The notes under the pieces are model-generated. The model searched no databases and had not been told where the DNA came from. It saw only the letters and a list, made by a program, of their open reading frames with translations. A stretch of 64,000 nt of DNA, taken from contig OY969584.1 in assembly GCA_963701285.1 (NCBI GenBank), positions 2,263,709 to 2,327,708 of the forward strand. The letters run 5' to 3'. The position numbers were made by a program, and so were the translations under genes. The DNA comes from an uncultured Chloroflexia bacterium. Its GTDB lineage: Bacteria > Chloroflexota > Dehalococcoidia > SM23-28-2. Each line of letters begins with the position of its first letter. Position 1 is the stretch's first letter. Below, in pieces: positions 63,826-64,000 of the stretch.

Positions 63826-63854
63826 TTGTTTTCCTTTTGCCCCCGTGCTATGAT
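63826..63854 (+). promoter_or_regulatory. sigma70-like promoter (TTGTTT-17-TATGAT) upstream of recA
   Basis: acacTTGTTTtccttttgcccccgtgcTATGATgcg, about 45 nt upstream of the recA N-terminal codons. Confidence 0.45.
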
Positions 63855-63896
63855 GCGTCCGACAATCGGCCGCGATAGATTCTCCAAAGGGGGAAC

Positions 63897-64000
63897 GTGC
63901 CATCAGCACTGACGACAAGCGAAGAGCCCTGGATCTAGCCCTGGAGCAGATCGAGAAGAAGCACGGCCGGGGGGCCATCATGCGCTTGGGCGAGGCCTCC
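63897..64000 (+). CDS. recA: recombinase RecA, N-terminal fragment (continues beyond the window); start codon region likely carries a 1-nt deletion
   Basis: The frame encoding ...AISTDDKRRALDLALEQIEKKHGRGAIMRLGEAS (canonical RecA N-terminus) has no start codon back to the stop at 63851. The GTG at 63897 is in the adjacent frame; gtg(N)ccatcagc would give M-x-ISTDDKRR. Confidence 0.8.

Noticed and set aside
1-64000. tRNA, rRNA, tmRNA or RNase P genes.
   Set aside because: No cloverleaf-compatible segments with conserved T-loop (GTTCRANYC) or D-loop features were found in intergenic regions. All sizeable intergenic gaps are accounted for by promoters, repeats or hairpins.

Overview
This 64-kb window is a high-GC (about 67-70%) bacterial chromosomal segment. 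The gene content and order look like a Chloroflexota/Thermomicrobia-type organism; this is an inference with low confidence. It is almost entirely core genome.

Gene content, in order:
- clpP (5' partial) and tig.
- A peptide/nickel ABC importer with two permeases and a substrate-binding protein but no ATPase.
- aspS.
- A low-GC hypothetical with an internal repeat.
- An ECF sigma factor / anti-sigma factor pair with an unusual duplicated Cys/His ectodomain.
- hemW, a VOC/SRPBCC pair, a divergent DoxX/HxlR pair, and an HDAC-like gene.
- selB.
- A compact DUF3795, NurA-like nuclease, unknown protein, HerA-like ATPase cluster.
- A lipoprotein plus a beta-helix surface protein.
- Fused secDF, cca, def, priA.
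- A roughly 1-kb low-GC islet flanked by a duplicated priA-rplS intergenic region.
- rplS (with a poly-Glu tail), trmD, moaB.
- A complete dcw cell-division cluster: mraZ, rsmH, ftsL, ftsI, murF, mraY, murD, ftsW, murG, murC, murB, ddl, ftsQ, ftsA, ftsZ. murE is absent.
- An M24 peptidase.
- nrdR with tandem NrdR boxes.
- A small insert of small basic protein, DUF2188, XRE (DdrO-like) and COG2856 (IrrE/ImmA-like) genes, directly upstream of class II RNR nrdJ.
- A ClpP-like S14 protein, a GGDEF-EAL protein, yggS, proC, yggT, a GYD protein and the start of recA.

Other features read from the sequence:
- A family of about 70-100-bp composite inverted-repeat intergenic elements, present in 5 copies.
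- An MraZ operator.
- Several sigma70-like promoters and hairpin terminators.
- At least 6 single-base frame disruptions in otherwise intact genes (selB, moaB, ftsI, the beta-helix gene twice, and the GGDEF and recA starts). Because several of these genes are essential, assembly indels are more likely than real pseudogenes.

The most interesting candidate 'system' is the translationally coupled NurA-like / unknown / HerA-like operon, a possible end-resection or defence module. The second is the DdrO/IrrE-like regulator-protease pair wedged between nrdR and nrdJ.

No tRNA, rRNA, CRISPR array or transposase was seen.
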